Origin: an archaeon
Lineage (GTDB): Archaea; Hydrothermarchaeota; Hydrothermarchaeia; JALTZZ01
Length of the DNA stretch: 62,927 nucleotides
Direction of reading: 5' to 3'
Assembly: GCA_027051165.1 (NCBI GenBank)
Contig: JALTZZ010000048.1
Coordinates: forward strand, 1 to 62,927
Below, piece after piece: positions 9,201 through 19,339 of the stretch. The notes below the pieces were generated by a model that was not told where the DNA came from, made no database searches, and saw only the letters and a program-made list of their open reading frames with translations. Each line of letters begins with the position of its first letter. The stretch's first letter is position 1. A program made the position numbers and the translations under genes.

Positions 9201-10804
9201 ACCTCCAACTTATATCCAAGAGCATCGAAAACCTCTTTGATTTTAGTCTTAAGCTCTTCTTCATCCTTCAACAACTTTGAAAGTTCCTCACTATACACTC
9301 TCATCTTCTCATCGAAGCTCTCATCATCCAAATTCAGCTTAACTCCAACGTATCTTCCCGGTGTTAAAACATAGCCGTTCTTTGCTATCTCCTCAAGAGT
9401 TGCAACTTTAGTAAATCCAACTTCATCTATCTTATCCAGCTCTCCCTTCTCGAAGAGCCTGAACTTCTCCACAATCTTTGCTATATGCTCGTCTGTCATC
9501 ACATTCTGCCTTCTTGAAATCGGAGTGTAGAGATCTTTAGCGTTGACGAAAAGCACCTTCTCCCTCATGTGCTCTGGCTTCTTCTTTCTAACGAACCACA
9601 GCGAAACTGGTAGAGATACGTTGTAGAAGAGCTTTGGTGGACACGCAACGATTCCGTAAACGAGATCAGCCTTAATTATTGCCTTTCTTATCTTCCCCTC
9701 AACTCCACCAGCCGATAAGGATCCGTTTGCCATAACAAAGCCAGCCTTTCCATTTGGTGCCAAGTGATATATAAAATGGAGTATCCACATGTAGTTGGCG
9801 TTACTATTTGGAGGAACATGGACTTTAGCTCCATTTATTCTCAACCTTGGATCCTCTGGCTTAATCCTTTCAGCACCCCACTCACTATCATTAAAGGGCG
9901 GATTAGAAGTTACAAAGTCAAACCTCATGTCATAAAACTTGTCGTCATGATAGGAGTCCCCAACTCTTATATCTCCTTCAACCCCCCTAATGACGAGGTT
10001 CATCTTGGTTAGCTTCCAAGCCATAGGATCAGAATCCTGTCCGTAAATTTGGAGATTGAACTTGTCTATTCCTTCTTTTTCAAGCTTTTCTATTGCTGAA
10101 ACAAAGAATCCCCCGCTTCCGCATGCTGGATCAAACATCCTTCCTCCGTTAATATCCAAAACCTCAACTATAAGCTTAGTTAGAGATCTCGGAGTATAAA
10201 ACTTTCCTCCTCTCTTTCCCTCAACTTCTGTAAACTTTCCAAGAAAATACTCATAAATTCTACCGAAGATATCCCTTGCTTTGTGATCATATCCAAAATC
10301 TATTTTAGAAAATAGGTTTATCAAATAAGCCATATCATAATGGTCGAGCGTTGAGTTTAGGTAAACCTTCGGGATTACATCTTGCAGTTGTTTTGGATAT
10401 TTCTTTTCAAGGATTTCAATAGCATTCTCAATAATTTCAGCTATATTTGGCTGATTTGCATTACTTTCTAAGTAATCCCATCTCGCCTCTTCAGGAATAT
10501 AAAGAACACCAGCCTCAAGATAATAATCTTCATCTTCCAAGGCTGCTTCCCTTAATTTTACATCCTCTATATAATAGTTGCTTTCTTTATTTGAAAAAAG
10601 TTTTTTTAGCTCATTTCTTCTCTCGTAAAAAGCATAAGAAAGATAACGTAAAAAGATGAGACCAAGAACTATGTATTTGTATTGATGAACTTCAACTTTT
10701 TTTCTTAACTTGTCCGCCGCTTTCCAGAGCTGATTTTCAAAATCAGGCGTAAGTTCATGAAGTTTAGAATCTCCACCATTTATAAAATTTTTGAGCGTTA
10801 CCAT
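9197..10804 (-). CDS. hsdM: Type I RM N6-adenine methyltransferase subunit
   Basis: LWKAADKLR, GKFYTPRS, SAM-binding FDPACGSGG, catalytic NPPF. Confidence 0.97.
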   Translation of the reverse strand: MVTLKNFINGGDSKLHELTPDFENQLWKAADKLRKKVEVHQYKYIVLGLIFLRYLSYAFYERRNELKKLFSNKESNYYIEDVKLREAALEDEDYYLEAGVLYIPEEARWDYLESNANQPNIAEIIENAIEILEKKYPKQLQDVIPKVYLNSTLDHYDMAYLINLFSKIDFGYDHKARDIFGRIYEYFLGKFTEVEGKRGGKFYTPRSLTKLIVEVLDINGGRMFDPACGSGGFFVSAIEKLEKEGIDKFNLQIYGQDSDPMAWKLTKMNLVIRGVEGDIRVGDSYHDDKFYDMRFDFVTSNPPFNDSEWGAERIKPEDPRLRINGAKVHVPPNSNANYMWILHFIYHLAPNGKAGFVMANGSLSAGGVEGKIRKAIIKADLVYGIVACPPKLFYNVSLPVSLWFVRKKKPEHMREKVLFVNAKDLYTPISRRQNVMTDEHIAKIVEKFRLFEKGELDKIDEVGFTKVATLEEIAKNGYVLTPGRYVGVKLNLDDESFDEKMRVYSEELSKLLKDEEELKTKIKEVFDALGYKLEV

Positions 10805-10950
10805 TTCGGTATCACCATTAAACTAAATAGCAAAAAGTATATTAAATTTTTAACTTTTTAACTATAAAAAGTTTTAATATATCTACGGCTTTTCAAGGTA
10901 ATGGATAAACTATAACCATAAATAATCATATTATTAGGAATTCTATAGAT

Positions 10951-11131
10951 TTTCACAGTTGTGAGATGTAATCCTCTTTCTATGAATGTAGACCTTCACA
11001 GCTGTGAGGTTTCGAAAGGTTTATAAAGGAATTTGGGAAGAACACATATTATCAGACCGTCAGAGAACCAGAGCCCCCGCCATCCGCTGTTTTTTCGCCC
11101 ATCACAGATGCGGTTTTTCACAGCTGTGAAT
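10951..11131. promoter_or_regulatory. Three copies of the palindrome TTCACAG(C/T)TGTGA(A/G) around a BRE-TATA (CGAAAGGTTTATAAA)
   Basis: Copies at about 10952-10965, 10995-11008 and 11117-11130, read directly; TATA-like box at about 11013-11027. Confidence 0.55.
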
Positions 11132-11260
11132 ATTCAAGCTTATAAAGCTGGATATAGAGTAAAAAATCTATAAATAATCAACTCATCTTACATAAAAAGG
11201 AATGTTCTCTCGAAAAATCTCATTTTACAAGATAGTTATAAATAATCCTCAAAAAATTTT

Positions 11261-11833
11261 TTATCTTTTAATTCCACATATCGCCAAGAAATTTTTAAAT
11301 ATTTCTCTTCCTCTCGGCGTATGCTCAACTTCTGGATGGAACTGAACACCAAAAAGATCATAGTTCTTATGTCGCATTGCCTCAATTTCACAGTTTTTAG
11401 AGTGTGCAAGTTTTAAGAAATCTTTTGGAAGTTTTTTTACTTCATCTTTATGACTTACCCAAGCCTTAAAGCTTGGAGACAATCCTTTAAGTATTTCGTC
11501 TTCATCGTCTACGATAATCTCCTCTTCCGCATACTCACCGACTTCTGCTTCCCTTACTTCGCCATTAAAAAGCAGTGCTATCAGCTGATGTCCAAGGCAT
11601 ATGCCAAGAATAGGTATCTCCTTATAAAAATTCTTTATAATATCCTTACTGTTTCCGGTTTCCTCAAGGTATGGTCCACCGCCTATAATAATACCCTTCG
11701 GATTTTCTTCGGAAACCTCATCTACAGTAATCGTGTTGTTTACAAGCTTTACGCTTACATTTAAGTCCCTTACAGTTCTATATATTCTGTGGTTATATTG
11801 ACCCTTATTTGCAATAACAATTATCTCCACCAT
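11261..11833 (-). CDS. guaAA: GMP synthase glutamine amidotransferase subunit A
   Basis: GQYNHRI, PILGICLGHQ nucleophile motif, GVQFHPEV; start moved to ATG at 11833. Confidence 0.93.
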   Translation of the reverse strand: MVEIIVIANKGQYNHRIYRTVRDLNVSVKLVNNTITVDEVSEENPKGIIIGGGPYLEETGNSKDIIKNFYKEIPILGICLGHQLIALLFNGEVREAEVGEYAEEEIIVDDEDEILKGLSPSFKAWVSHKDEVKKLPKDFLKLAHSKNCEIEAMRHKNYDLFGVQFHPEVEHTPRGREIFKNFLAICGIKR

Positions 11834-12486
11834 ATCTTTGCTCCCCTTTCTTTTTCTATATATTCGATAAGCCTTTTTGCCCACATTAACTTTTTTAATT
11901 TAATATCTCTGCTACCGGTATAGCTACAAACACTGTTGAAATTAAAGGCTACAAGCTTTATCTCCCGTGCTCCAAACTCGTGTGCAAGAAAAACCGCTCT
12001 GTCTCCATCGGTAAATCCTCCAAAATTCTTTAAGAGTCCAAACGGCTTAACCTGACACGTTCCAACTACATTTTTTAATCTTTTAACGAATTTCAATTTG
12101 TCTATGTTGTCCCCGTGTGCATGAACAACAACTACTGCTCCCTCTCTATCCGCATTTAGTATCTTCTCTAAATCTCCATCTAAGTCAGTAACTATTATAT
12201 CTGGATTAAAATTTAAAAAATTAAGTGCTTTGTCTGCAGCTATTTTGCATATACCCTTTTCCTCTTGCGGAGGTGTATTTACCTTTTTACCAGCAGCACC
12301 ATATATAAATACTTTTTTTCCTCTTATCCTTTTCTTAATCTTGTCAATGCTCCTTATAACATCACTTTCTCTTTCTTTTAGAATTTCATTTAAAATGAGG
12401 GCAGATTTTACATCCATAAAATAAGAAAAATTAAAGTCTTTTAAGATTTCTATATATATCTCATGCCAGATTCTATGATTCATCAT
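11821..12486 (-). CDS. mptE: 6-hydroxymethyl-7,8-dihydropterin pyrophosphokinase (DUF115)
   Basis: IVTDLDG, VHAHGDN and NFGGFTDGDRA motifs. Confidence 0.88.
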   Translation of the reverse strand: MMNHRIWHEIYIEILKDFNFSYFMDVKSALILNEILKERESDVIRSIDKIKKRIRGKKVFIYGAAGKKVNTPPQEEKGICKIAADKALNFLNFNPDIIVTDLDGDLEKILNADREGAVVVVHAHGDNIDKLKFVKRLKNVVGTCQVKPFGLLKNFGGFTDGDRAVFLAHEFGAREIKLVAFNFNSVCSYTGSRDIKLKKLMWAKRLIEYIEKERGAKIWWR

Positions 12487-13274
12487 TTATAATTCTTTAA
12501 AGCCTTTAACGTAATGTAGCTGAGGATCAGTATAACCGCTCCGTAGAACGTGCTCACCTTTATTAAGCTTAAGCTTGCTTTCTCTACTGTAAGCAATTTT
12601 ATCCAGAAAACTGCTATAACTACTGCAGTTGAAATTGTTCCAAGGGCAACAATTGCTTTTCTGAAGATTTCTGGTCTTCTCGCATCAAGCTCTCCGTTAT
12701 ACATTTCCTTCGGTATGATAGCATAGGAGACGGCAGTAGCTGCAAATACCTTCAATATATCACCTGGTATAAACGGAACTACACCCTTTATGAAGGCTTC
12801 TTTAAAACTACCGAGTATAAATGCTAAATTTAGGAATCCGAGCAAATATATTACTGCAACACCGGAGAACATTACAACAAGCATATTGCCAAGTTTTCTC
12901 GCCCTGACGTAGCTGTCAAGCATGTATCCTACTATAAGGCTCGCAAGCAAAAAGCCTACGATATAGCCTCCAGTAGCTCCGAGAAGAACCTCTATACCGT
13001 GCCTGCAGCCAGCAAACCACGGAACTCCAGCCACTCCAAGTGCTATGTATATGAGCATGCTTAAAAACGCATGCCTACCAAGAACGCTCGATGAAAGGAG
13101 AACCGCAAATACCTGACCCGTTATAGGCACCGGCGTAAAGGGTAAGTATATTTTTAGCTGAGCAAATATTCCGGTAATTCCAGCGAATATAAAGGCTAAG
13201 ATAACCTTATAGACAAGATTTGCCTCGCTTCTCCAGACGTAGAACCTATACAACATATTCTTATAAGCTTCCAT
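12483..13274 (-). CDS. bioY: Biotin transporter BioY with C-terminal TM extension
   Basis: LPFTPVPITGQVFAV, GATGGYIVGF, PFIPGDILK. Confidence 0.9.
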   Translation of the reverse strand: MEAYKNMLYRFYVWRSEANLVYKVILAFIFAGITGIFAQLKIYLPFTPVPITGQVFAVLLSSSVLGRHAFLSMLIYIALGVAGVPWFAGCRHGIEVLLGATGGYIVGFLLASLIVGYMLDSYVRARKLGNMLVVMFSGVAVIYLLGFLNLAFILGSFKEAFIKGVVPFIPGDILKVFAATAVSYAIIPKEMYNGELDARRPEIFRKAIVALGTISTAVVIAVFWIKLLTVEKASLSLIKVSTFYGAVILILSYITLKALKNYK

Positions 13275-13467
13275 GACACCACCCTTGTTTGAGTGTTAAA
13301 ATCCAGTTCTTTTAAAAGATTTAACGATATTAAAATAAATATAAGAATTTACGTTTTACTCAGAATATCTAAAAAATAAGAAAAGTCTCTGTTTAAATTT
13401 TTTAATTTATTAATATCAATCTTTTCAGCAAATTTTACAATCATATATTTTTCGTAATTCTTTTTAA

Positions 13468-13926
13468 GACCTGTCCAAATAACGAGGTATTGGCACAAGC
13501 ATGCACACAGTAAAATATAAATAGGCGGTGAGAGGGGGCAAGGGAATATGAAGGTAGATATTTTCGGTTACGGAAAGGTGAACTATAGCGATAAAAGTTT
13601 ATTCAACGAGAAATTTCTTAACTTCGATGGATTTTATTAATTCTTAAGTTCTGCAAAAATAAACCTTTATTCGTCGTTGATATTGGTATAAAGGAGTTTT
13701 CGAAAGGCTCGGCTTAGATTATGTTCATGAAACCCTTAGCAAGAAAGCAAGGTTGAAAGTGTCTTCTCCTCCTATAAGCAGAGAAGCAAAGTCTCCTTTA
13801 ATAATTTTTAGAAGTATGTTGAAATCAAAGTGGTGCAAAAAAGCCCTCGAAAATGCTAACTTCTTCGCTTATATGTTCATGCTTTACTACAACTCCCCGA
13901 GATGATGCCTTATTTTTGGATAAGTC
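13468..13926 (+). mobile_element. Degenerate IS6-family insertion sequence remnant
   Basis: Imperfect terminal inverted repeats GACCTGTCCAAATAA / TTATTTTTGGATAAGTC; broken frames read LKFCKNKPLFVVD, ERLGLDYVHETL, SKVESVFSSYKQRSKVSFNNF and AYMFMLYYN, resembling the C-terminal half of archaeal IS6 transposases. Confidence 0.6.
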
Positions 13927-14050
13927 TTGTTTTTATTACAATATTATTTTCATTTTCAACAATGTTTGCTTTTTTGCACATCTCAGCAAATTCTAAAATA
14001 AAAATTCTCAACTTAGAAAGAGCTCTTTTCTTGCTTCTTTGCAACAAATC

Positions 14051-14527
14051 TTAGTTCAAACTCGCTGAATATTCTTCGTAAGAATCTTCCTTTGAAAAAT
14101 GCTTCTTTATATCTTCTCCTTTAGTAAGGTTTATAATATCGCTCTTTACCGACATAACCTCCTGCCTTAAGAATTTGATCTCATCCTTTAAATCTTCCAT
14201 CTTGCTCTCTATACGCTCGAACCTCTTCCCAACGTATCCCCCAAATTCGTCAAATCTCTTATCCATTTCGTCGAACTTTCCGTAAACCTCATTGAACCTC
14301 TTGTTCACTTCGTCGAACTTCTTGTCGATCTCGTTGAATCTTCTGTTTACATCGCTTTTAAACTCCTCTATTATTTTAACTATAAACTCCTGCTCCTTTC
14401 TCATCTGGCTGACAACTAAAAGCAGAACCTCGGAATCGCTGAGCTTTTTTCCTTCTCTAATCTTCTTAACGATGGTTTCGAGTGCCTCCTTTATTACTGC
14501 ATCGAAGAGCATTGAAATAGCTTCCAT
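14051..14527 (-). CDS. Heptad-repeat coiled-coil protein of the archaeal repetitive type
   Basis: Tandem 7-aa units RFNEIDK/KFDEVNK/RFNEVYG/KFDEMDK/RFDEFGG. Confidence 0.65.
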   Translation of the reverse strand: MEAISMLFDAVIKEALETIVKKIREGKKLSDSEVLLLVVSQMRKEQEFIVKIIEEFKSDVNRRFNEIDKKFDEVNKRFNEVYGKFDEMDKRFDEFGGYVGKRFERIESKMEDLKDEIKFLRQEVMSVKSDIINLTKGEDIKKHFSKEDSYEEYSASLN

Positions 14528-14579
14528 ATCTTTATTCTGCTTCTAAACAATAAAGAAAGGATAAAATTCTCAAAAAATC

Positions 14580-15848
14580 TTAAAGTCCAAATAGTTCTGA
14601 GAGTGTTTTCCCCTCTTCTATAGCCTTTTTGTATAGTTTTTCCTTTTTCTTAATTTCTTTTGCTTTCTTTAGAATTTCAAGAGCCCTCTCCTTCTCCACA
14701 ACCACAACGCCTAATTCATCCGCTACTATAAAGTCTCCGGGTTTCACAACTACACCAGCACATGCTATTGGAACGTTTATCTCTCCATGCCCATGGGGTT
14801 CTCCAGCATTTGGCGATACCTTCCTAAACCATATCGGAAAACCAAGCTTCTTTATAGCCTCTACATCTCTAATAGCCCCATCAATTACTGCACCTTTTAA
14901 GCCTCTTTTAAGAGCTGTTCTTGTAGCAAGTTCACCAAATACGGCTAAGTTGCTTTCTTGAGAATCCACTACAAGTATTTCTCCTTTTTTTGCCAAATCT
15001 ATAGCTTTTACAACCTTTCCCCAATCACCATCAAGCGTTCTAACAGTTACAGCTCTTCCGCATATTCTTTTATTTGTTAAGGCTTTAAGACCACGCATTG
15101 CATTAAATCTTTTCATAGCATCGCTTATTATCGCCGTCGAGATCTTCTCAAATTCTTTTATTATTTCTTCCTCGCTTATCTCCTCTCTATACTCCTCAGC
15201 TTCCTTTAAGCCTATTGCCATGCAGAATTTTTTTGTCGTTCCATAAACGTCTTTTGCCTTTGTTATTGCCCTCCCGACAACGAATATGCTTACGCCAGCC
15301 TCCTTTAAATATGGTATTGTTTCAAGAGTAATTCCGCCAGCGGCAGCTATAGGTAGGCTCGTCTCCTCTTTTATTTTCTTTATCTCAAGAAGACTTGCAT
15401 CAACCTTCTTTAGTCTGACCTTCTGAATATCTATGGGAGTATGTATTAAGATGTAATCAACGCCGAGTTCTTCTAACCTCTTTATCCTTGAAATTTTGTC
15501 CTCAACGTTCATGAGATCAGCCATTATTTTTATTCCATGTGCTCTTGCTGTTCTAACAGCTCTAACAATAGTCTCATCACTTGCAAGTGCAAGAATGCTA
15601 ACTATATCAGCTCCATTTTTTGCTGCAAGCTCCACTTCTAAGTCGCCTGTGTCTATAGTTTTCATATCAGCGACAATAGTAGCTTCTGGAAACTTCTCGC
15701 GAAGAATTCTTACAGCTTTAATTCCATGCGTCTTTATCAGTGGCGTGCCGACTTCGAGCCAGTTTGCACCAGCTTTGTATGCGAGATCGGCTATAACCAC
15801 AGCATCTTCTATGCTTATTAAATCGAGGGCTACTTGGAGAGCAAGCAT
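14580..15848 (-). CDS. 3-hexulose-6-phosphate synthase fused to an RraA/MenG-like domain
   Basis: LQVALD, EVGTPLIK and VADMKTIDTG (HPS domain); STAIISDAM, VFGELA, VIDGAIRD and VKPGDFIVADELGVVVV (RraA domain). Confidence 0.9.
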   Translation of the reverse strand: MLALQVALDLISIEDAVVIADLAYKAGANWLEVGTPLIKTHGIKAVRILREKFPEATIVADMKTIDTGDLEVELAAKNGADIVSILALASDETIVRAVRTARAHGIKIMADLMNVEDKISRIKRLEELGVDYILIHTPIDIQKVRLKKVDASLLEIKKIKEETSLPIAAAGGITLETIPYLKEAGVSIFVVGRAITKAKDVYGTTKKFCMAIGLKEAEEYREEISEEEIIKEFEKISTAIISDAMKRFNAMRGLKALTNKRICGRAVTVRTLDGDWGKVVKAIDLAKKGEILVVDSQESNLAVFGELATRTALKRGLKGAVIDGAIRDVEAIKKLGFPIWFRKVSPNAGEPHGHGEINVPIACAGVVVKPGDFIVADELGVVVVEKERALEILKKAKEIKKKEKLYKKAIEEGKTLSELFGL

Positions 15849-15866
15849 GCTATGTCTTTCTCCTTT

Positions 15867-17294
15867 TTAAACTTTTTCCTCCAAACCAACGGCGTTGAAG
15901 AATCTATCTATTACTGCTTCTTCAACGAGCTTTAACAGGGCATTTCTATCTTTAACGCTTCCGAAGAGTCCGAGAGGTATCTTTGCTGCGGCAGCCGTTG
16001 AGTGTCCGCCTGCTTGACCAATGTCGCCAAAAGCCTTCTGCATGATTTCTCCAAGATTTATTCTTATATCTTTTGTTCTCCCGGAGATGAATACCGCATC
16101 CTTTGCGATGCCGAATATTAGCGTTGTCAGAATGCCTTCAAGATTAAGAAGATATTCTGCTGCTTGAGGAAGTGTATCCCTCTCTCTTATAAAACCTACG
16201 TTGGAGATCAGATAGCTTCCCTTAATCTTCCTATTTTTTATAGCGTTTGCAAGAACATCGAGAGTTTCCATAGAAAGCGTCGGTCTTTCGATCCTCGAGA
16301 TTATATCGTGATTCGCCTTAGGATACAGATACGATATAGCCCTTATATCAAGCTCGCTTAAACCCCGCATGAAGTTGCTGGTATCGGTCTTTATTCCATA
16401 GAGTAAAGCTGTTGCAAGCGTTTCATCTATTGGTAGATCAAGAAGAATTAAGTATTCGGTAAGTATGCTTGCATTTGCTCCAACTTCTGGCCTTATATCA
16501 ACGAACTCACCCTTTACCTTTTTTATATCAACCTGATGGTGATCTATAACAATATCTGGTGCATGGTTTGGTGGCAGAGAGTTGTTTATCCCCGGAATAC
16601 TCGCCTCAATTAAGGCTATCTTTGAATATTTGCTCAGATCAACTTTTGATATGTGGCTCATCCTTATTTGAAGCAGATTAATTAGAGCCTTATTTTCCTC
16701 GTGCCCCACCTCACCGCCGTAGATTATAGTTGCACTCTTTCCCTCTCTCTCCACAATGTATTTGAAAGCCATTGCACTCGCTATGGCATCAGGGTCAGGG
16801 TTGTCTTGAATAACTATTGCAACGCTATTTGCATCGGAAATTATTTTTCTCAGCTTCCTAATCTTCCTCATGCTCTCAATTTTTTCTAATAGCTCAACTG
16901 CATGCTCTGCAAGAACTTCAGTTGGATACAAAATTACATCAACATCTTCTTCAATGCCGTTTTTAACACCTTTAGCCCCTCCTCTGACGATTATTGGAAC
17001 ATCACTGTTTATTTCTCTAACAGCTTTTACCGCTCTTTTATTTGTTTCCATGTCCTTAGTTAGAATAAGAACTGCGCTTGCCTTTTCTATACCAGCTTTT
17101 TTTAGGGTATCTTTGGAGGTTATATCTCCCTCTATAACTTCATCAAAACCAGCTTCTCTTAAGCTCTCAACCCTCTCTTTGTTTATGTCAACGATAACAA
17201 CACCTTTTTTCTGATCTTTAAGTAATTTTGCGGCAATATATCCAGCTGTTCCACAGCCAAGAATTACATACATATTATTCTTCACCAACCTCAT
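15867..17294 (-). CDS. TrkA-N (RCK) domain + DHH/DHHA1 phosphoesterase
   Basis: ILGCGTAG Rossmann motif; DNPDPDAIAS, IDHH, GIKTDT and AGGH. Confidence 0.88.
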   Translation of the reverse strand: MRLVKNNMYVILGCGTAGYIAAKLLKDQKKGVVIVDINKERVESLREAGFDEVIEGDITSKDTLKKAGIEKASAVLILTKDMETNKRAVKAVREINSDVPIIVRGGAKGVKNGIEEDVDVILYPTEVLAEHAVELLEKIESMRKIRKLRKIISDANSVAIVIQDNPDPDAIASAMAFKYIVEREGKSATIIYGGEVGHEENKALINLLQIRMSHISKVDLSKYSKIALIEASIPGINNSLPPNHAPDIVIDHHQVDIKKVKGEFVDIRPEVGANASILTEYLILLDLPIDETLATALLYGIKTDTSNFMRGLSELDIRAISYLYPKANHDIISRIERPTLSMETLDVLANAIKNRKIKGSYLISNVGFIRERDTLPQAAEYLLNLEGILTTLIFGIAKDAVFISGRTKDIRINLGEIMQKAFGDIGQAGGHSTAAAAKIPLGLFGSVKDRNALLKLVEEAVIDRFFNAVGLEEKV

Positions 17295-17308
17295 ATTTAC
17301 CTTTAAAT

Positions 17309-17830
17309 TTATTTAAGCTTTTCGATTGCAGCAGCAATAATTTCTATAACATCCTTAGCCTGCCAGAGGGCAGTATTTAAAACAATGTCATAAATTTCGA
17401 GGTTTTTTATGTTTATTCCATAAATCTCCATATATCTCTTTGCTTCGCTTCTTTCTCTTTCTATAATTTCCCTCAATACAGTTTCATATTCTTTTTTCTC
17501 TCTTTTACATACCCTCTTAACACGAACTTCGAGAGGAGCTTTAAGAAACACTCTTAAATTTGCATCTTTTATTAACCAGCCGCTTAGCCTTCCATCAACA
17601 ACAACATTTCCAGCTTTTGCAAGCTCTACAATTTTCTTATCAAGCTCTATATCAATGTTCTTGTCCTTCTCTGCAAGTCTTGAAAATTCGAGCAAACTTA
17701 GTCCACGCTCCTTTGCAAGCTCCCTAAAAGCCTCACCAGCAGAAATATGTCTAAGATTAAATCTCTTAGCTATAGCTTTTGCAACAGTAGTTTTTCCACT
17801 TCCTATAAGACCGCTAATTGTTATAATCAT
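17309..17830 (-). CDS. cmk: Cytidylate kinase (archaeal type)
   Basis: ITISGLIGSGKTT, ISAGEAFRELA, VVDGRLSGW; conserved position after L34e. Confidence 0.93.
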   Translation of the reverse strand: MIITISGLIGSGKTTVAKAIAKRFNLRHISAGEAFRELAKERGLSLLEFSRLAEKDKNIDIELDKKIVELAKAGNVVVDGRLSGWLIKDANLRVFLKAPLEVRVKRVCKREKKEYETVLREIIERERSEAKRYMEIYGINIKNLEIYDIVLNTALWQAKDVIEIIAAAIEKLK

Positions 17831-17838
17831 CTTTTATG

Positions 17839-18126
17839 TTAGCCAAAGAGTTTTGGAGCTTCCCCTCTAACCTTTGCCTTTATAACTTCACGCATGCACC
17901 TTGAGCAGAGATAGCCACCATATGGTCTCTCTGGTCTTCTTTCGCTTTTGCTAAGCTTCTTTATTTCACTCTTCCTACCTCTTGCAACCCCATGCAGGGG
18001 CTTTTTGCATATTGCACACTTTGGATAATCAACCTTCTTCTTTCTGTAGTGTATTGTTACCCTACCACCGGGAAGCTTCACATAGACCCTTTTTAAAGAT
18101 CTCGATCTATACCTTGGAGCAGGCAT
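17839..18126 (-). CDS. rpl34e: 50S ribosomal protein L34e
   Basis: [14 protein letters not shown], CxxC zinc motifs, [11 protein letters not shown]. Confidence 0.96.
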   Translation of the reverse strand: MPAPRYRSRSLKRVYVKLPGGRVTIHYRKKKVDYPKCAICKKPLHGVARGRKSEIKKLSKSERRPERPYGGYLCSRCMREVIKAKVRGEAPKLFG

Positions 18127-18140
18127 TTAGCTCACCTTCT

Positions 18141-18632
18141 TCAATATTCAAGCTTCATTATTTTTTTTATTATTGGAGATACTGCAATTGATACAAATAT
18201 ATACCATCCAAACCAACCCAAATTATTTCCAAATATTGGTAAGTTAAAGGGTAGCTCAACTATAGAAATATTTTTTGGAATCTTCCAGCTGAGCCAAGAG
18301 AGTATAGCAATTATAGGTAAAAAACTTATAAGCATGGGTTTAAAAGATTGTTTAAACATCTCTCTTTGAATGCTCAACATTTCCATTTGAAGCTTTTGCA
18401 ACTTCTTTGTATTCTTGCTTTTATGGGCTTCTTTCATCTGCTCTTGCAATTTTTTTAATTTTTCCTTCATGCTTCTCATTTTCTTTAAATCCATTGTGTA
18501 AGCGGTTATTATATTTATTAAGATGCTTACAAGAAAAGCAATAATAAATATTCCTAAAACGTAGTTAATATGTTCATTTGAACTTAATTTAAAGAAAATA
18601 CCAAAAACTTTATCAAAAGCTTCAAATACCAT
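18141..18632 (-). CDS. DUF106 / EMC3-TMCO1 (Oxa1 superfamily) membrane protein
   Basis: TM, coiled coil, then FKPM...P TM and GWFGWY; conserved adk-DUF106-L34e synteny. Confidence 0.88.
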   Translation of the reverse strand: MVFEAFDKVFGIFFKLSSNEHINYVLGIFIIAFLVSILINIITAYTMDLKKMRSMKEKLKKLQEQMKEAHKSKNTKKLQKLQMEMLSIQREMFKQSFKPMLISFLPIIAILSWLSWKIPKNISIVELPFNLPIFGNNLGWFGWYIFVSIAVSPIIKKIMKLEY

Positions 18633-18645
18633 AGTTATCTACCGC

Positions 18646-19221
<576 letters not shown>

Positions 19222-19339
19222 TTAAGATTTACAACAATACTTATTGCTCGTATAATGTAACGTCGTTATCTATTATAGTTAATGCTCGCTTCTCTGGATT
19301 CTGAATATATTTATATTGTTACACAACCAAAAAGAGGCT

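Noticed and set aside
10915-10942. dif/Xer-like site (ATAAATAA-TCATA-TTATTAGG)
   Set aside because: The spacer is 5 bp instead of 6 and the arms match poorly; expected by chance in AT-rich DNA
11050-11110. Minus-strand C/D box sRNA (GTGATGG...CTGA) or a tRNA 3' fragment (CCCCCGCCA)
   Set aside because: The C, C' and D' boxes are all degenerate, no cloverleaf or T-loop is visible, and the promoter-like signal points to the plus strand; kept only as an unclassified RNA candidate
10951-11131. Three palindromic repeats as a mini CRISPR array
   Set aside because: Repeats are only about 14 bp, spacing is irregular (about 43 and 122 bp), and no cas genes are in the window
14580-15848. HPS-RraA fusion as a novelty
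   Set aside because: This fusion is already known from other euryarchaea
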